From NCBI GenBank assembly GCA_045046875.1, contig JASFYY010000032.1, forward strand, positions 1 through 18,512: a stretch of 18,512 nt of DNA. Reading direction: 5' to 3'. Below the pieces are notes generated by a model. That model was not told the origin of the DNA. It worked only from the letters and a program-made list of their open reading frames with translations, and searched no databases. Shown piece by piece: positions 17,985 through 18,512 of this stretch (its first letter is position 1; each line of letters begins with the position of its first letter). This stretch comes from Verrucomicrobiota bacterium. Lineage in GTDB: Bacteria > Verrucomicrobiota > Verrucomicrobiia > Verrucomicrobiales > DEV007. Both the position numbers and the translations under genes were made by a program.

Positions 17985-18512
17985 CTATCCACGGCTGAAC
18001 CAGCCCTTTTTCTGGATCACCACCTGCTTGCCGTTCAGTTCTTTCAGCACTTGATTCAAATTCTGAATTCCCTCCGCCAGTGGTTTCACATTGCTTTCGA
18101 TCGCTTTGATCGAACCTTTTTCCACTTTTTCCAAAGTGCCAAAAAATTCTTTATCGAGTTTTGATTCGTAGGTTTCCGCCCGTTTGCCAATCGCATCCAA
18201 CTGGGTATCGATCGCGCCAGCCACCTCTTTGAAGTATTTCTGCTGGTTATCCAAGGAACTCGACATGCCGTCTTGTATATTGGAAAACTTTTTCAACATG
18301 TCCTTCTGATTGACCGCCATCGCTTCGCCGATGGCTTTTAATAATCCGGAATCACTGCCCGCATTGGAACCCGCACCGCCATCGTTCAATCGACGCAACA
18401 GGTTGTCGATGCAATATTCATCAATATCCGTGATCAATTCCTCTTCACTGTTCTGCAACGAACTCGCAGGGAAACTGAGAATGATACTGAACACCAGCGC
18501 TAACAAAGTCGT
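17985..18512 (-). CDS. MotA/TolQ/ExbB proton-channel family protein, 3' part (start lies beyond the window)
   Basis: The frame is open to the window end and reads TTLLALVFSIILSFP (last-TM TT motif typical of ExbB/MotA), then EEELITDIDEYC and an approximately 150-aa helical cytoplasmic tail. Confidence 0.75.
   Translation of the reverse strand, partial: TTLLALVFSIILSFPASSLQNSEEELITDIDEYCIDNLLRRLNDGGAGSNAGSDSGLLKAIGEAMAVNQKDMLKKFSNIQDGMSSSLDNQQKYFKEVAGAIDTQLDAIGKRAETYESKLDKEFFGTLEKVEKGSIKAIESNVKPLAEGIQNLNQVLKELNGKQVVIQKKGWFSRG

Noticed and set aside
15402..18512. Zorya anti-phage system or flagellar MotAB
   Set aside because: Neither B-type subunit shows an OmpA-like peptidoglycan-binding motif, and no zorC/D/E or flagellar genes follow. 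Sequence upstream of the window is unseen.
1..18512. CRISPR arrays, tRNA/rRNA, IS elements, integrases
   Set aside because: I saw no spaced direct repeats, cloverleaf structures, or transposase/integrase ORFs, and all intergenic gaps are about 215 nt or shorter.

Overview
This is a gene-dense bacterial chromosomal segment. The gene content and protein families (QW-repeat alpha/alpha-barrel membrane protein, PQQ-type beta-propeller, atypical ExbD-like proteins) suggest a PVC-superphylum organism, most likely Verrucomicrobiota (inference). Left to right: partial glmS (-, missing from the ORF track) divergent from glgC (+); two coupled membrane proteins that share an N-terminal TPR-like/linker/His-containing TM module but end in different domains (prenyltransferase-like barrel and vWA); a His/Met/Cys-rich outer-membrane beta-barrel preceded by a structured 215-nt leader and a small CxxC...PPTPPPR ORF resembling CutF/CruR (DUF2946-like) ribosome-stalling metal sensors; a UvrD/Rep/PcrA helicase; a DUF4870 protein; an RfaE-domain-II (HldC-like)-PurN fusion; an M29 aminopeptidase; a Fluc/CrcB with non-canonical pore residues; DUF167; a PQQ-like beta-propeller; and a MotA/TolQ/ExbB-type gene (partial) followed by two coiled-coil ExbD-like genes, only one of which keeps the membrane Asp. 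I found no tRNA, rRNA, CRISPR array or mobile element. The best candidates for undescribed biology are the putative metal-sensing uORF/leader/OM-transporter module, the paralogous TPR-TM pair, and the atypical ExbB/ExbD/ExbD motor.
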